From a virus (lineage: Duplodnaviria; Caudoviricetes): DNA of 64,000 nt. Shown here piece by piece: positions 36,428-46,600 of this stretch. The notes under the pieces were generated by a model. It did not search any database, had not been told where the DNA came from, and worked only from the letters and a program-made list of their open reading frames with translations. The stretch is from IMG/VR virus record IMGVR_UViG_649633106_000001; one strand, written 5' to 3'. The position numbers were made by a program, and so were the translations under genes. The stretch's first letter is position 1; every line of letters begins with the position of its first letter.

Positions 36428-38004
36428 CCGACGAATTCCCCAAGAACCGGGGTGGCTGGAGCGGCCCTGGTCGTACGGCAGCCTACACGCTTGCCGGCGA
36501 AGGCGATAGCTCCACGACCTGGTCGCGCAAGCGCCGTTTCGGCGCCGAGGCGCGCAACAAGGGTGGGCACCTCACGGTCAAGGTCTCAGACCAGGCGCTG
36601 GACGGCTTCTATTCGCTCGGCATCGAGGGGGACGAAGGCGAGGGTGCCGTCGTCCGCGGCTCGGCCACCGCGCGCGGCAGCTTCTCACTGCGCGGCCCTG
36701 CGCCCACCTCTGAGCTCGGTATCCCGCAGTTGCTGACGCGCGGCAACGGCTCCGCCTGGACCCTTTCGGCGTTCGCCAACGTGGGCGACATTCCCAGCAA
36801 GTTCGGCCCGAACCGCGTCTACCGCATCGACTCGTACATCACGCGCGACGGCAAGACGCCGACCACCCGGCCGCCGCTGGGCGCCGTGGGCGCGAACGAT
36901 GGTGCCGGCATCCGCACGGCGTCGATCTTCACGACCATTGGCGCGCGCCGTGGCGGCCGCTACGAGCACGCCATGGCCTACCCGGCGCTCAATGCTGACG
37001 GCGACAACATCATCGCCGTGGCGTTCGACGACGGGGAGACGCAGCGCGTGGTCATCGCGGCCGAGATCCCAGGCCAGATCATCTTCCCGCTTGCGTTCAA
37101 TCGCGTGGGGCCTAGCACGTTCCTCGGCATGGGCGGGGCCTACTTTTGGCGCGGTGCCGCGGTTCCCGGGTACGACCGCACCCAGCACCCGGGGCTGTTC
37201 TTCTTCGCCTCGACGGACGGCGGCGTCACCTGGACCACGTTCTCGGCACCGTCGCTCACCGCGCACGAGCAGGCCGAATACGCGGCCAATACTGGCCCGC
37301 TGGGCGCCTGGGCGACGTGCAACACGGCGGCGATGAACACCGGCGCCACCATCGTGCCGCTGTCGCGCACTAAGGCGCTGGTGTATGCCATCTTGTCCTC
37401 GCCTGACGAGGCGCCGCCCGGCCCATGGTCACCGGGCACTCGATACAGCAATGCTCGCGTGCGCTTCGGTGTGGCCGACCTCGAAGCCGGCACGGTCGCC
37501 CTGCTCGGCACGCTCTTCGACCCACCGTTCGCAGCGCTGAGCACGGACTACCTCGCCCTGGCATTTCCGCGCTGGGAGCGAGGCGCCTGCATCGCGCCGG
37601 GCGGCGGCGCGCTGCTGTTCTTCAACGACGCGAACTACAGCGCCAACTGGACTTCGAACCCCACGATCTATTTCACCGAGGACGGGCCGCTCACGCTGCT
37701 GGGCAACATGCCGCTGCAGGCCGGCAGGGCGGGAGTGCCGCTCGCGGTTTCGCGCAGCCAACTCTTCATGCCCGTCTACGACGGCGGGGTGCATGCGCTC
37801 TTCGAGTCGAAGAATCGCGGGCTCACATGGACGAAGCGCGCGGCCATCTCCACGCTGGCAACCGAGACGCTGCCGGGCGCGAACGGTGCCAACACGGGCC
37901 CAAGATCATTCGGTGCCCTGGCCTTTCTTCGCAACGACGGCCGCGCACAGAACGCAACACCCGGCGCCCCCTGGCTGTCGGACGACAGGATTACTCCACC
38001 ATGA
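36424..38004 (+). CDS. Asp-box (BNR) repeat tail protein
   Basis: STDGGVTW, SKNRGLTW, TRDGKT. Confidence 0.7.
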   Translation: MTDEFPKNRGGWSGPGRTAAYTLAGEGDSSTTWSRKRRFGAEARNKGGHLTVKVSDQALDGFYSLGIEGDEGEGAVVRGSATARGSFSLRGPAPTSELGIPQLLTRGNGSAWTLSAFANVGDIPSKFGPNRVYRIDSYITRDGKTPTTRPPLGAVGANDGAGIRTASIFTTIGARRGGRYEHAMAYPALNADGDNIIAVAFDDGETQRVVIAAEIPGQIIFPLAFNRVGPSTFLGMGGAYFWRGAAVPGYDRTQHPGLFFFASTDGGVTWTTFSAPSLTAHEQAEYAANTGPLGAWATCNTAAMNTGATIVPLSRTKALVYAILSSPDEAPPGPWSPGTRYSNARVRFGVADLEAGTVALLGTLFDPPFAALSTDYLALAFPRWERGACIAPGGGALLFFNDANYSANWTSNPTIYFTEDGPLTLLGNMPLQAGRAGVPLAVSRSQLFMPVYDGGVHALFESKNRGLTWTKRAAISTLATETLPGANGANTGPRSFGALAFLRNDGRAQNATPGAPWLSDDRITPP

Positions 38005-39896
38005 GCAACGCACTGAAGCGCCTGGGTCAGGCCTACTCGATCCCCGCGACGCCGTACGTGCCCTACCGCCCGGCGTATACCTACGTCGAACCGATCCTCG
38101 GATATACCCGACCGGATGGCTGGTCAATGGATGTGGGGGCTGCATACACCGCTCCTTCAGGCGGGGCACCTACTGGACCGGGCACGCTGCTGCCCGACGG
38201 AACATGGTTGCCTGCGGGCTACTCCTTGGTCGTAAAGGGGCTCACGCCTCCCAACGCGCCGGGCGCCGGAATCCAGGTCCCTGTCGGCGGCTCCCAGCCC
38301 TCGTATGGGATCGTCGGCTATCGATTCATCACGGTGCCAGAGCAGGCCGAGCAGCAGGGTGCTCCCGGCCAGCGAGTCTCCGAGCCGCCGTCTGGTTGGA
38401 ATTCTTTTGGCCGATCGCGTCGCGGTATCACTGCAGGGTCGGCAAAGTTCAAGATCCCCACGGGTGTCAGCGGCGTGGTCGCAGGGCTGACCGAGTATTC
38501 CATTCCGAACGCTGGCTACGGCCACATCCGCCACGGCCTTCGCTTCGCCGGCAACCGCGTCTACAACGCGCGCACCGGCGTGGACCTCGGCACCTTCTTC
38601 GATGACGACGAGTTTGAGATCGACTACGACGGCAGGGAGGTCGTGTTCCTGCTGAACGGCAACGACCTGGACTCCGAGCCATCCACCTACCGACGGGAAC
38701 CCCTTTACCTGACGGTCGCGATGCACGACGTGGGCGACATGGTGGACAACCCTTCGCTGCAGGAGGTGGGCTACGGCGTCAGCAGCACGATGCTGCCGGT
38801 GCTCAAAGTGCTCAGTTCTGACGCGGCCCTCGGCGAATCCTCGGCGATGCTCCCAGCATTGACCGTCGATGCCGGATCGGGCAACTATGTTCTCGTGTCG
38901 CTGCCGACGCTGACGAGCTTGGCGGCCAGCGGCGCCTACGGCGAGGTGAAGTCCACACTGCCGGCGCTCACGACCACGAGTTACGGCGGCATGGTCCCCG
39001 GCATCGGATCGAGCGGCGTGGATGTCTCTCTGCCAATTCTTGTGGCAACGGCCCTCGGGCAGGGCGGCGGTTTGGGCGAAGTGGCTGTGAAGCTGCCCGT
39101 CCTGACCGTGCTCGCGGCCGACGCAACCTATGGTGAAGTCAAGGTCTCGCTGCCAGCCCTCACGACGTTCAGCTGGGGTGAGCCGAACGACGAAGGCTAT
39201 GCACTGGAGACGATGGCCACTGGCGCGACGGCCAATGGCAACCTCACACTGCTGGTTGCGGTGCTGGAACACATCACGCTCGGAAGCACGGCGGTGCCCA
39301 CGACGCTGCTGGACGCGGTGATCCAGGAAGTCATCAACGCGGCGCCGTCGGTGGCGACAGAGCAACTGCTGGAGGCCGTAGCTCGCACCTTCATCCAGGC
39401 CGGCTCCACCGGTGTGCTGGAGGGCGCTACCGGGCGCACTGACCAGGACACCTGGGTCTGGCACGCGGACGCCAAGGGCAGCACGATCTACCGAAGCTAC
39501 CCGTTCAACAGCTTTGCGGTGATCGACGGCAAGCAGTACGGCGCCAGCGCCGACGGCCTGTTCCTGCTGGAGGGCGACGACGACGCGGGCGCGCCGATCC
39601 GCGCGAGCGTTGACCTCGGAAAGATGGACTTCGGCACATCCTCGCAGAAGACCATCGCCGAGTGCTACGTCGGCATGTCCGCCAGCGGGAACCTCTTCCT
39701 CAAGGTCATCGTTGAGGGGCGCGAGTTCATCTACAAGACCCGCGGTTTCTCGGAGCACATGCAGCAGCAGCGCTTCACCCCGGGCAAGGGCCTGAAGTCC
39801 AACTACGTCACGGTGCAGTTCTTCAACGAAGACGGCGCCGACTTCGAAATCGACACGGTCAACTTCCTCGTGGCCGACCTTCAACGAAAGATCTAG
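38001..39896 (+). CDS. Virion structural protein with LPxL repeats
   Basis: ATG 38001 overlaps the previous stop; repeated xLPxL units; YPFNSFA..DFG C-domain. Confidence 0.75.
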   Translation: MSNALKRLGQAYSIPATPYVPYRPAYTYVEPILGYTRPDGWSMDVGAAYTAPSGGAPTGPGTLLPDGTWLPAGYSLVVKGLTPPNAPGAGIQVPVGGSQPSYGIVGYRFITVPEQAEQQGAPGQRVSEPPSGWNSFGRSRRGITAGSAKFKIPTGVSGVVAGLTEYSIPNAGYGHIRHGLRFAGNRVYNARTGVDLGTFFDDDEFEIDYDGREVVFLLNGNDLDSEPSTYRREPLYLTVAMHDVGDMVDNPSLQEVGYGVSSTMLPVLKVLSSDAALGESSAMLPALTVDAGSGNYVLVSLPTLTSLAASGAYGEVKSTLPALTTTSYGGMVPGIGSSGVDVSLPILVATALGQGGGLGEVAVKLPVLTVLAADATYGEVKVSLPALTTFSWGEPNDEGYALETMATGATANGNLTLLVAVLEHITLGSTAVPTTLLDAVIQEVINAAPSVATEQLLEAVARTFIQAGSTGVLEGATGRTDQDTWVWHADAKGSTIYRSYPFNSFAVIDGKQYGASADGLFLLEGDDDAGAPIRASVDLGKMDFGTSSQKTIAECYVGMSASGNLFLKVIVEGREFIYKTRGFSEHMQQQRFTPGKGLKSNYVTVQFFNEDGADFEIDTVNFLVADLQRKI

Positions 39897-39897
39897 C

Positions 39898-40908
39898 ATG
39901 CCCATCGTCACCGTTCCCGATCCGATCACCGGCGGTGCCGGCGCCGCGGTCACGACCACGCAGGTCATCAACGCGATGTGGGACAACTCCCAGACGCGCA
40001 CCAACGAATCCAACGCGCGCATCGCTGCCGGACTCGGCGACATCGGCCCGGCGCCGATCATCGGTGTGCCGGTGCTCGACAAGAGCTACGTGCCGCCTCT
40101 GCGGCCACAGTTGCAAGACCCGAACATCATGAACGGGGAAGCGATGTACAACACCCAGCTGCAGAAGCTGGTGAACCTCATCGGCCAGGGCATCGCGGAC
40201 TTCTTCCAGAACTACTTCCCGCTGGGGCCGTACGACGAGGCGGTGGAGTGGCTTCGCAAGGCCATCGTGGATAGTGGGACCGGTATTAATGCCGGCGTCG
40301 AGCAGCAGCTCTGGCAGCGCGGCAAGGCCCGCGTGTTGGAGGAGAGCATGGAGGCCGAAGACAACCTGACCGCAGGCTGGGCCGCGCGCGGCTACCCGCT
40401 GCCGCCCGGCGCGCTGGTCCACGGGCTACAGCGCATCCAACTGGACCGCAGCCGCAAGCTGGCCGAGATCAGCCGCGACATCGCCATCAAGAGCTTCGAC
40501 ACCGAGGTCGAGAACGTGCGCTTCGCAGTTCAGCAGACGCTGGATCTGCGCTCGAAGGCCATGAGCGCGATGGCCGACTACATCCGCACGCTGATGATGG
40601 GGCCGCAGACGGCTATGCAGCTGGCCACCGGTCTGGCCGGGCTCGAGCTCGATGTGAATCGCTCGATGGTCGCGCTGTACTCGGCCGAGGTGCAGGCGCT
40701 GCAGCCGCGCGTGCAGCTCGCGATCGAGGATGCACGGCTGCAGGCCGGCACGAACGAGGCGAATCAGCGCGCCATCGTGGTCACCGCGCAGTCGAAGGCC
40801 GATCTGGCCAAGGCCGCGGCGACGATGCTGGCCTCGCAGGCCAGCGCCGGTATCAATGCCGTCAACGCCTCGTCGTCCATCAGCGGCGGCGATAGCTCGC
40901 CGGTGTGA
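39898..40908 (+). CDS. Probable internal virion/ejection protein
   Basis: Helical; WAARGYPLPPG. Confidence 0.7.
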   Translation: MPIVTVPDPITGGAGAAVTTTQVINAMWDNSQTRTNESNARIAAGLGDIGPAPIIGVPVLDKSYVPPLRPQLQDPNIMNGEAMYNTQLQKLVNLIGQGIADFFQNYFPLGPYDEAVEWLRKAIVDSGTGINAGVEQQLWQRGKARVLEESMEAEDNLTAGWAARGYPLPPGALVHGLQRIQLDRSRKLAEISRDIAIKSFDTEVENVRFAVQQTLDLRSKAMSAMADYIRTLMMGPQTAMQLATGLAGLELDVNRSMVALYSAEVQALQPRVQLAIEDARLQAGTNEANQRAIVVTAQSKADLAKAAATMLASQASAGINAVNASSSISGGDSSPV

Positions 40909-40915
40909 CGCACCG

Positions 40916-40957
40916 CCCCCTCTGGGGTTTGATGCCTGACGCCGCCGCCGAAAGAAT
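40916..40957 (+). promoter_or_regulatory. Late promoter motif copy 3
   Basis: CCCCCTCTGGGGTT, AAGAAT at +29. Confidence 0.7.
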
Positions 40958-40987
40958 CGCGCGATGCGACATATGAAGGGGTAGCCC

Positions 40988-42916
40988 ATGCACGGCTTTC
41001 AACCACGCTCGGCACGCAAGTCCGACCAAAAGGCGAACGGCGGGCCCATTCGAGGGCCCGGTACCGGCACGTCCGATTCCATCGAGAAGACGGTGCCGGA
41101 GGGCAGTTACATCATGCCGGCTGACTCCACTGAGCAACTCGGCGAGGGCAGTCTGGCCGGGCTGGGTGCGCCAATGCCGGTGCGTGTCAGCAATGGCGAG
41201 TACGAGCTGCCGCCCGAGCAGGTGCATGCCGTCGGCGTGAAGGCGCTCAATGCCATGAAGGACGCCACGCATGCGCCAGTAGGTGGCGCTCCCGGGTTCA
41301 AGCCGCGCGTCGACGAATCGTCCATGTTCTTTGCCAATGGCGGCGACGTAACGCGCATCGGCAACTCGTACAGCGGCGGGGATGTTTCGGGCCAGGTGAC
41401 GATCAACGGCGGCGCGCCGCGCGGAACAATGAGTGTGGTGGACCAGTTCTCGACGCCTGCGGCAACCGGACCCGCGCCAGCTGTCCGCGCGGTGGCGTCC
41501 ACGCTTCCCGCGGCGGGAACCGCTGCAGCGCCAGTCGCCACCAGCGCAGGCCCTGGCGTCATCGACAGCTCGGCGCAGGGCCAGCAATTCTTCGACCAGG
41601 CAACGGCGGGCACGGCGGCTGCCCAGGGCTTCGCGCCGCGTAGCGCACGCGCACCCAGCGCGCCGGCGCCGGATGGCTTTGGCTTTCAGCCGCGAGGCTT
41701 CGCGAATGGCGGAGCTGTGAAGGAAGAGGAGCGCGCCGCTTTCGGCATCTATCCGCGTCCTTCGGCTGCGCGTTCGACCCCTCTCAATGATGCCGCGCTG
41801 CAGCGCGGCGTGGTGGCCACTGGCCCTTCGTCGTTCCAGCCTGCGAGTGTTCTTCCCGCTGCGAGCGCGCCAATGCGTTTGAACAACCTCACCGACCCGC
41901 GCAGCACACAGTTCGCAGGACCGACGGCCGAGCGCGCGCCGCTCGGGTTCTCGGCGGCGGGCACTACCGCAGCAAAGTCCCCCACGGCAGAGGCAAGCGC
42001 CGACGTTGCTCCGGCACCAGTAGCAACGACTGGTGCGAGCCCTGCTGCCGAGGCGGCGCCGGCCGCCGCGCTGGGCTTCGGCTCTACTGGGCAACGGCGA
42101 AACCCGCTGGGTTCGGAGGCCGACGCAAACGCCCAGGCTGCGGACATCCGCGCTTCGAATGCGACGTTGCCCCAAGGTGGCGCGACCATCATCGACGGCG
42201 CGGGTGCCGCGCAGGGGACGCGCCAGCGCTTCTTCGATGACGCGAACCTTCGCACTGCGGCCGCGCGCGGCTCGTGGTCGCCCCGTCGCGGCTACCAGTC
42301 CGATGAAGGCGCGGTGCGTGCGGCTGCGCTGCCCGTGCAGGCGCGCGCTGCGGCTGACGTCGAGCAGGTGCGCCAGGAAGGCGAGGTGCAACGTGCTGGA
42401 CTGGGCTTTCAATCGATGGCTCAGCGCGAAGCGGCCGCAGCACGCATGCAGGGGGAACGCATCGCTGCCGATGACCGCCGTGCAGCCGATGCCAACTCGA
42501 TTCGGCGCGACGAGGTGGCCGGCGCGAACCGGCTGCGAGACGTGCAGGTGTCGGCCGCCCAGGATGAAGCCACTCTGCGCCGCACGCTGCTGGACCCGAA
42601 TGCTTCCACTGCCGATCGCGCGAAGGCGCAGCAGGCATTGCTGGCAGCGCAGGGCAAGGTCGCGTCGCCAGAGTGGAGTGTGCAGGTCACGCCCGCGACG
42701 AAGAACGCGGACGGCAGCTCAACCGAGGGCAGCATCTACCGGGTCAACAAGACCACGGGTGATGTGCAGCGGGTGGACGGGCAGGGCGGTGGCAGCAGTC
42801 AACGTGCTGCAGCGCCTGTTGAGCTTGCCTCGCCCACGACACGCCCTGTTGGGACGATTTCCACCGTCGGCGGGAAGAGCGCGCGATGGAACGGGAAGGC
42901 CTGGGAGCCTTTGTAG
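40988..42916 (+). CDS. Probable DNA-ejection protein with GFxPR/ANGG repeats
   Basis: GAAGGGG SD; GGPIRGPGTGTSDSI; Ala/Gly/Pro-rich. Confidence 0.75.
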   Translation: MHGFQPRSARKSDQKANGGPIRGPGTGTSDSIEKTVPEGSYIMPADSTEQLGEGSLAGLGAPMPVRVSNGEYELPPEQVHAVGVKALNAMKDATHAPVGGAPGFKPRVDESSMFFANGGDVTRIGNSYSGGDVSGQVTINGGAPRGTMSVVDQFSTPAATGPAPAVRAVASTLPAAGTAAAPVATSAGPGVIDSSAQGQQFFDQATAGTAAAQGFAPRSARAPSAPAPDGFGFQPRGFANGGAVKEEERAAFGIYPRPSAARSTPLNDAALQRGVVATGPSSFQPASVLPAASAPMRLNNLTDPRSTQFAGPTAERAPLGFSAAGTTAAKSPTAEASADVAPAPVATTGASPAAEAAPAAALGFGSTGQRRNPLGSEADANAQAADIRASNATLPQGGATIIDGAGAAQGTRQRFFDDANLRTAAARGSWSPRRGYQSDEGAVRAAALPVQARAAADVEQVRQEGEVQRAGLGFQSMAQREAAAARMQGERIAADDRRAADANSIRRDEVAGANRLRDVQVSAAQDEATLRRTLLDPNASTADRAKAQQALLAAQGKVASPEWSVQVTPATKNADGSSTEGSIYRVNKTTGDVQRVDGQGGGSSQRAAAPVELASPTTRPVGTISTVGGKSARWNGKAWEPL

Positions 42917-42917
42917 G

Positions 42918-43121
42918 CTAGCTCGACGGATTGGGCGTGGAAGCGTTCATCGTTCCCTTCTCCCAGCCGAACTCACCATTGTCCGTGGGTCTCAAGGCAG
43001 GTGCCCGCGGGAGGCTGCTGGCTATGCCTCGACCGTGGGGATCGGCCGCGACTCCAGCGAACAAGACGACCACTGCGAAAGCCACCGGCAAAATCGCTAT
43101 GCCGAGGATGATCCCCGCCAT
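42918..43121 (-). CDS. Small antisense single-TM protein with WEKG motif
   Basis: MAGIILGIAILPVAFAVVVLFAG..FGWEKGT; start uncertain (43121 or 43145). Confidence 0.45.
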   Translation of the reverse strand: MAGIILGIAILPVAFAVVVLFAGVAADPHGRGIASSLPRAPALRPTDNGEFGWEKGTMNASTPNPSS

Positions 43122-43150
43122 CGAGGTGCGCGTGCGTCCCAGCAAGTCGA

Positions 43151-43193
43151 CCCCCCGTAGGGTTCGCCGGAATGCCGTGAGCGGCCGGACACT
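43151..43193 (+). promoter_or_regulatory. Late promoter motif copy 4
   Basis: CCCCCCGTAGGGTT, GACACT at +30, ATG 43200. Confidence 0.7.
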
Positions 43194-43199
43194 GGCCAG

Positions 43200-43385
43200 A
43201 TGAAAATTCGTTCTTTCGACCGCAAGCGAGCAGTAGATGCCGCAGTTCTCGAACGCATCCGCCCCGGGCGCGCCCGGCGCGCGCGGCGGGGCGCAAGCAC
43301 GTCGACCGTCACTCAGATCATCAACTTGATGTGGGCGAAGGCAGTTGCTGAAGCAGACGGGCTTTCAAGTCCTGTGCTGCGCTGA
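43200..43385 (+). CDS. Small Arg-rich late protein
   Basis: ATG at the same offset from the motif as terS, holin and the polyvalent gene. Confidence 0.5.
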   Translation: MKIRSFDRKRAVDAAVLERIRPGRARRARRGASTSTVTQIINLMWAKAVAEADGLSSPVLR

Positions 43386-43569
43386 CCGAAGTGTCCCCAA
43401 CCTGAGATGCAGCCAGCATCTGCGAGATCAGGTGTTCACTGAAGCTGTCGAACTCCGCACGTAGGCGAGCTTTGTCCGGATGCGTCAGGATCAACGCTCG
43501 GAGCATCGCCTTCATGATCGTCGCTTCCCCCACAAGCGCCTGTACTTCTGCGCGGGTGTTATCGCCCAT
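43321..43569 (-). CDS. Antisense hypothetical protein (RALxxTHP)
   Basis: GGAGA SD; resembles 9850-10110. Confidence 0.6.
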   Translation of the reverse strand: MGDNTRAEVQALVGEATIMKAMLRALILTHPDKARLRAEFDSFSEHLISQMLAASQVGDTSVSAAQDLKARLLQQLPSPTSS

Positions 43570-43620
43570 GTGTGTCTCCAAATTTTTGACCTCGAGTGAG
43601 CGTACACCAGGGTAGATAGG

Positions 43621-43662
43621 CCCCCTCTAGGGTTCGACGCCGCTGGGGAGCGGCGGAAGACT
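43621..43662 (+). promoter_or_regulatory. Late promoter motif copy 5 (polyvalent gene)
   Basis: CCCCCTCTAGGGTT, AAGACT at +29, ATG 43669. Confidence 0.75.
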
Positions 43663-43668
43663 GGGGGG

Positions 43669-46600
43669 ATGAGCGATACCGACTGGGAAAAGGGCGACCT
43701 CCGCCCGCCAAGCACTTCAGCAACGGACTGGGAGAAGGGCGAACTCAAACCGCCTTCGAGTCGCAGTGCCCTCGCCGTCGCCAACGACACGGTGATCGAG
43801 GCCGCCAACGCGGCAGCCGGCGGCGTCTCTGCCGCTGCGAACTTCGTGAAGCCCGGCAATGCCATCTCGAAGTTCATCGACGACAAGATCATCAAGGCCG
43901 GCGAGGAATCGCAGAGCGACGTGGTCAAGGCATCGAAGAAGAAGTTCCGCGACGACGTTGAAGGCGCCGATGGAGTCGGCGGCGAGCTGAAGGCAGTCGG
44001 CAGCTATGTGCTGGAGAACCCCGTCCTGTCAGCGGCTCAGGCAGCGGGCTCTTTCGTTGGCCCAGGAGCCGCGATCAAGGGCGCTGGTGCGGCCGCGCGC
44101 GCCGTCGGCGCTGGCGCCAAGGCAGTGGAGCGCGCTGGCCTCGCCGGCAGTGCTGCAGCAGGTGGCGCGATGGCTGGTGGCGATGCCGCTGGTACTGCCT
44201 ACGATCTCGCATCGAAGGCGGGAGCCACCGACGAACAAGCAACTGCCGCGGGCCGGCAGGCCAGCGTCATCCCGGCAATCGTGGGCGGCGCGGGCAGCTT
44301 GGTCGGTGCTGAACGCCTGGTCGCCGGCGCCAAGGGCTTCGGCGGCAGTGCCCTCGCTCGCGCGGGCAAGACGGCGGCCGTTGAGGCCGCACAGGAAGGC
44401 TTTGAAGAAGGCATCACGCAGTACGAGGGCCAGCGCGCCGCGGTGCCGTTCGATCCCACCATCGACCCAACGAAGGGGGTGGCCGCCGCGGCCGGCATGG
44501 GCGCCGCGCTGGGCGGCATCACCGGCGGCGGCGTCTCATTGCTGACAGGCGGGCACGGAGGCGCCGAGGCGCCTGCTCCGGTTGCCGCACCGCTGTTGCT
44601 CAGAAACGAGCCCGACCCACTGGTGGGTTTCCCGGACGGCACGATAGGCCGTCGATCCGAGATCGACGCCTATCTGGCGAGCCTTCCCGAAGACCAACGC
44701 GCTGCGGCCCGCGCTCGCATGATGGGCCTGGCGCCCGAGGCGGTTGCACCTGCACCAGCGTCCGTCCCTGCGGCCGCAGAGGATGCGCGCCGCAGTGCCA
44801 TCACCCGACTCAACGAACTGAACCAGCAGGAGCGCGGCGAGCCCGCGGTGGCGCAGGTAGCTCCGCCCGATGGCGCGGCCGCGCTGGCGCAGCAGCGCAC
44901 TGCGGAGGAGGCGGCACGTCAGGCCGAGATCGAAGCATCGCGCGCCGTGACTGGACCCGATGACGAGATCCTGCAATCCATCGGTGCAACCGATGCCGCT
45001 CCCATGCTGCCTTCGCAGCGCATGGGCCTTGACCCGGCGGCCGGCCCGCTGTCGTCCGCTGCAGTGGTCGCGGTGGACAGCGGCGCATCGCAGCAACTGG
45101 TCGCGCAGGCCGCGCTCCAGCAGGCAGCCGAGGAGGCGAAGGAACAGGGCGACACCGAGCAGGTGGGCCTCGACTTCTCCGCCGAGCGACCGGGCCGCGA
45201 GCAGCTCGTCGAAGCGCACGCAGCTGATCTGAGGGAGCGCCTGGACTTTTTGCAGCAGCAAGGGCGCGCCGGCGGCTGGGATGCGCGGCTCATCGCAGAA
45301 CGTGACCGCGTGCAGGCAGAGCTGGACGCGCTGGCGCCCGCAGTAGCGGCATCAGCGCCCGCACCCACAAGCGTGACGGAAGGTGTTGCGCAGGCCCGCG
45401 CGCGCCGCGGCGCATCGAAGGGGACGGCACCTGCGCCCGCCACCGTGCCGGCGCGGGGTGCCGCCGTGCCATCCGACGCTGTAGCCGCGCGGCCGAGCGC
45501 CTGGCGCACGAACCCTCTGCAGGCGCGCAAGGTCGCGAAGTCGCTGGGCATCGACGCCGGCGGCCTGCGCACGCCGCAAATCGTGGCGGCCATCGATTCG
45601 CGCGACGCACAGGTCCAAACGCAACCCCAAGGAGGTGAAGATGTTGCAGCCGCACGTGGTGTTCGGGTGGCAGATGACGGCGCACGCAGCCCTGCTGGTG
45701 CTGCGCCGAACACGGCAGGCCGGCCGGCACGAGACACGCAGCCTGATGGAGCTACTGCCGCGCGAGGCGCCGATACCGGCGGAGCCGTTTCCCCTGTGCT
45801 CGAAGCTGTACCTGATGCAGCTCGCGCCAGCGAGCGCCAGCCTCCACTGAGCGAGAACGCTGCGCCCGCGGCCGCTGTGGATGCCGCAGCGCACGAGGCC
45901 GCGACGAGCCCGCTGAACGCGACTCCAGAGCCGACGCCCGCGCAGAAGGACGCCGGCAACTACAAGCTCGGTCACCTGTCCGGCGCAGACGTGCAGGGCC
46001 TGCGGATCAGCATCGAAAACCCGCAGGGCAGTACGCGCAGCGGCACCTCGCCGGACGGCGTGGAGTGGAGCAACACGATGGCCGCGCATTACGGCTATGT
46101 GAAGGGAACCGAGGCCGCCGACGGCGACCACGTCGACGTGTTCGTCGGCCCGCACGCTGCCACTGCGCCAACGGTCTACGTGGTGGACCAGGTCAACGCG
46201 GATGGCTCCTACGACGAGGCGAAGGCCCTGTTCGGCTTCAACACGGAGGCCGAGGCTGTGGCCGCCTACCGCGGCAGCTATGACGCTGACTGGAAGGTGG
46301 GGCCGATCACCGCCATGTCGGTGGATGAGTTCAAGGCTGGCTTGGCGGCGGGGCGCTTCAAGAACGCGCTGTCGCCGAGCTTGCAGCCGGCCGCCAGGTC
46401 AGCCCGTGGGGTGCTGGCCAAGATGCAGAAGGCCAAGGTTCAGCGCGAGGCGAAGGCCGCGTCTTCTCCTCCGCCTGTACAAAACGGAAAGTCGTTCGGT
46501 GAGCTCTACCACGGCACGCCGCTGCCGTTCGAGAGGTTCGACGCTGACCGCCTCGGGCAGATGGGATCGGGTGAGGACCACCAGGGGCGCGCGGTCTACC

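Noticed and set aside
12420-38000. N-terminal extensions in the ORF track (12420, 28742, 32777, 37425; 28758 on minus)
   Set aside because: They overlap upstream genes or promoters; SD and overlap evidence supports the later starts.
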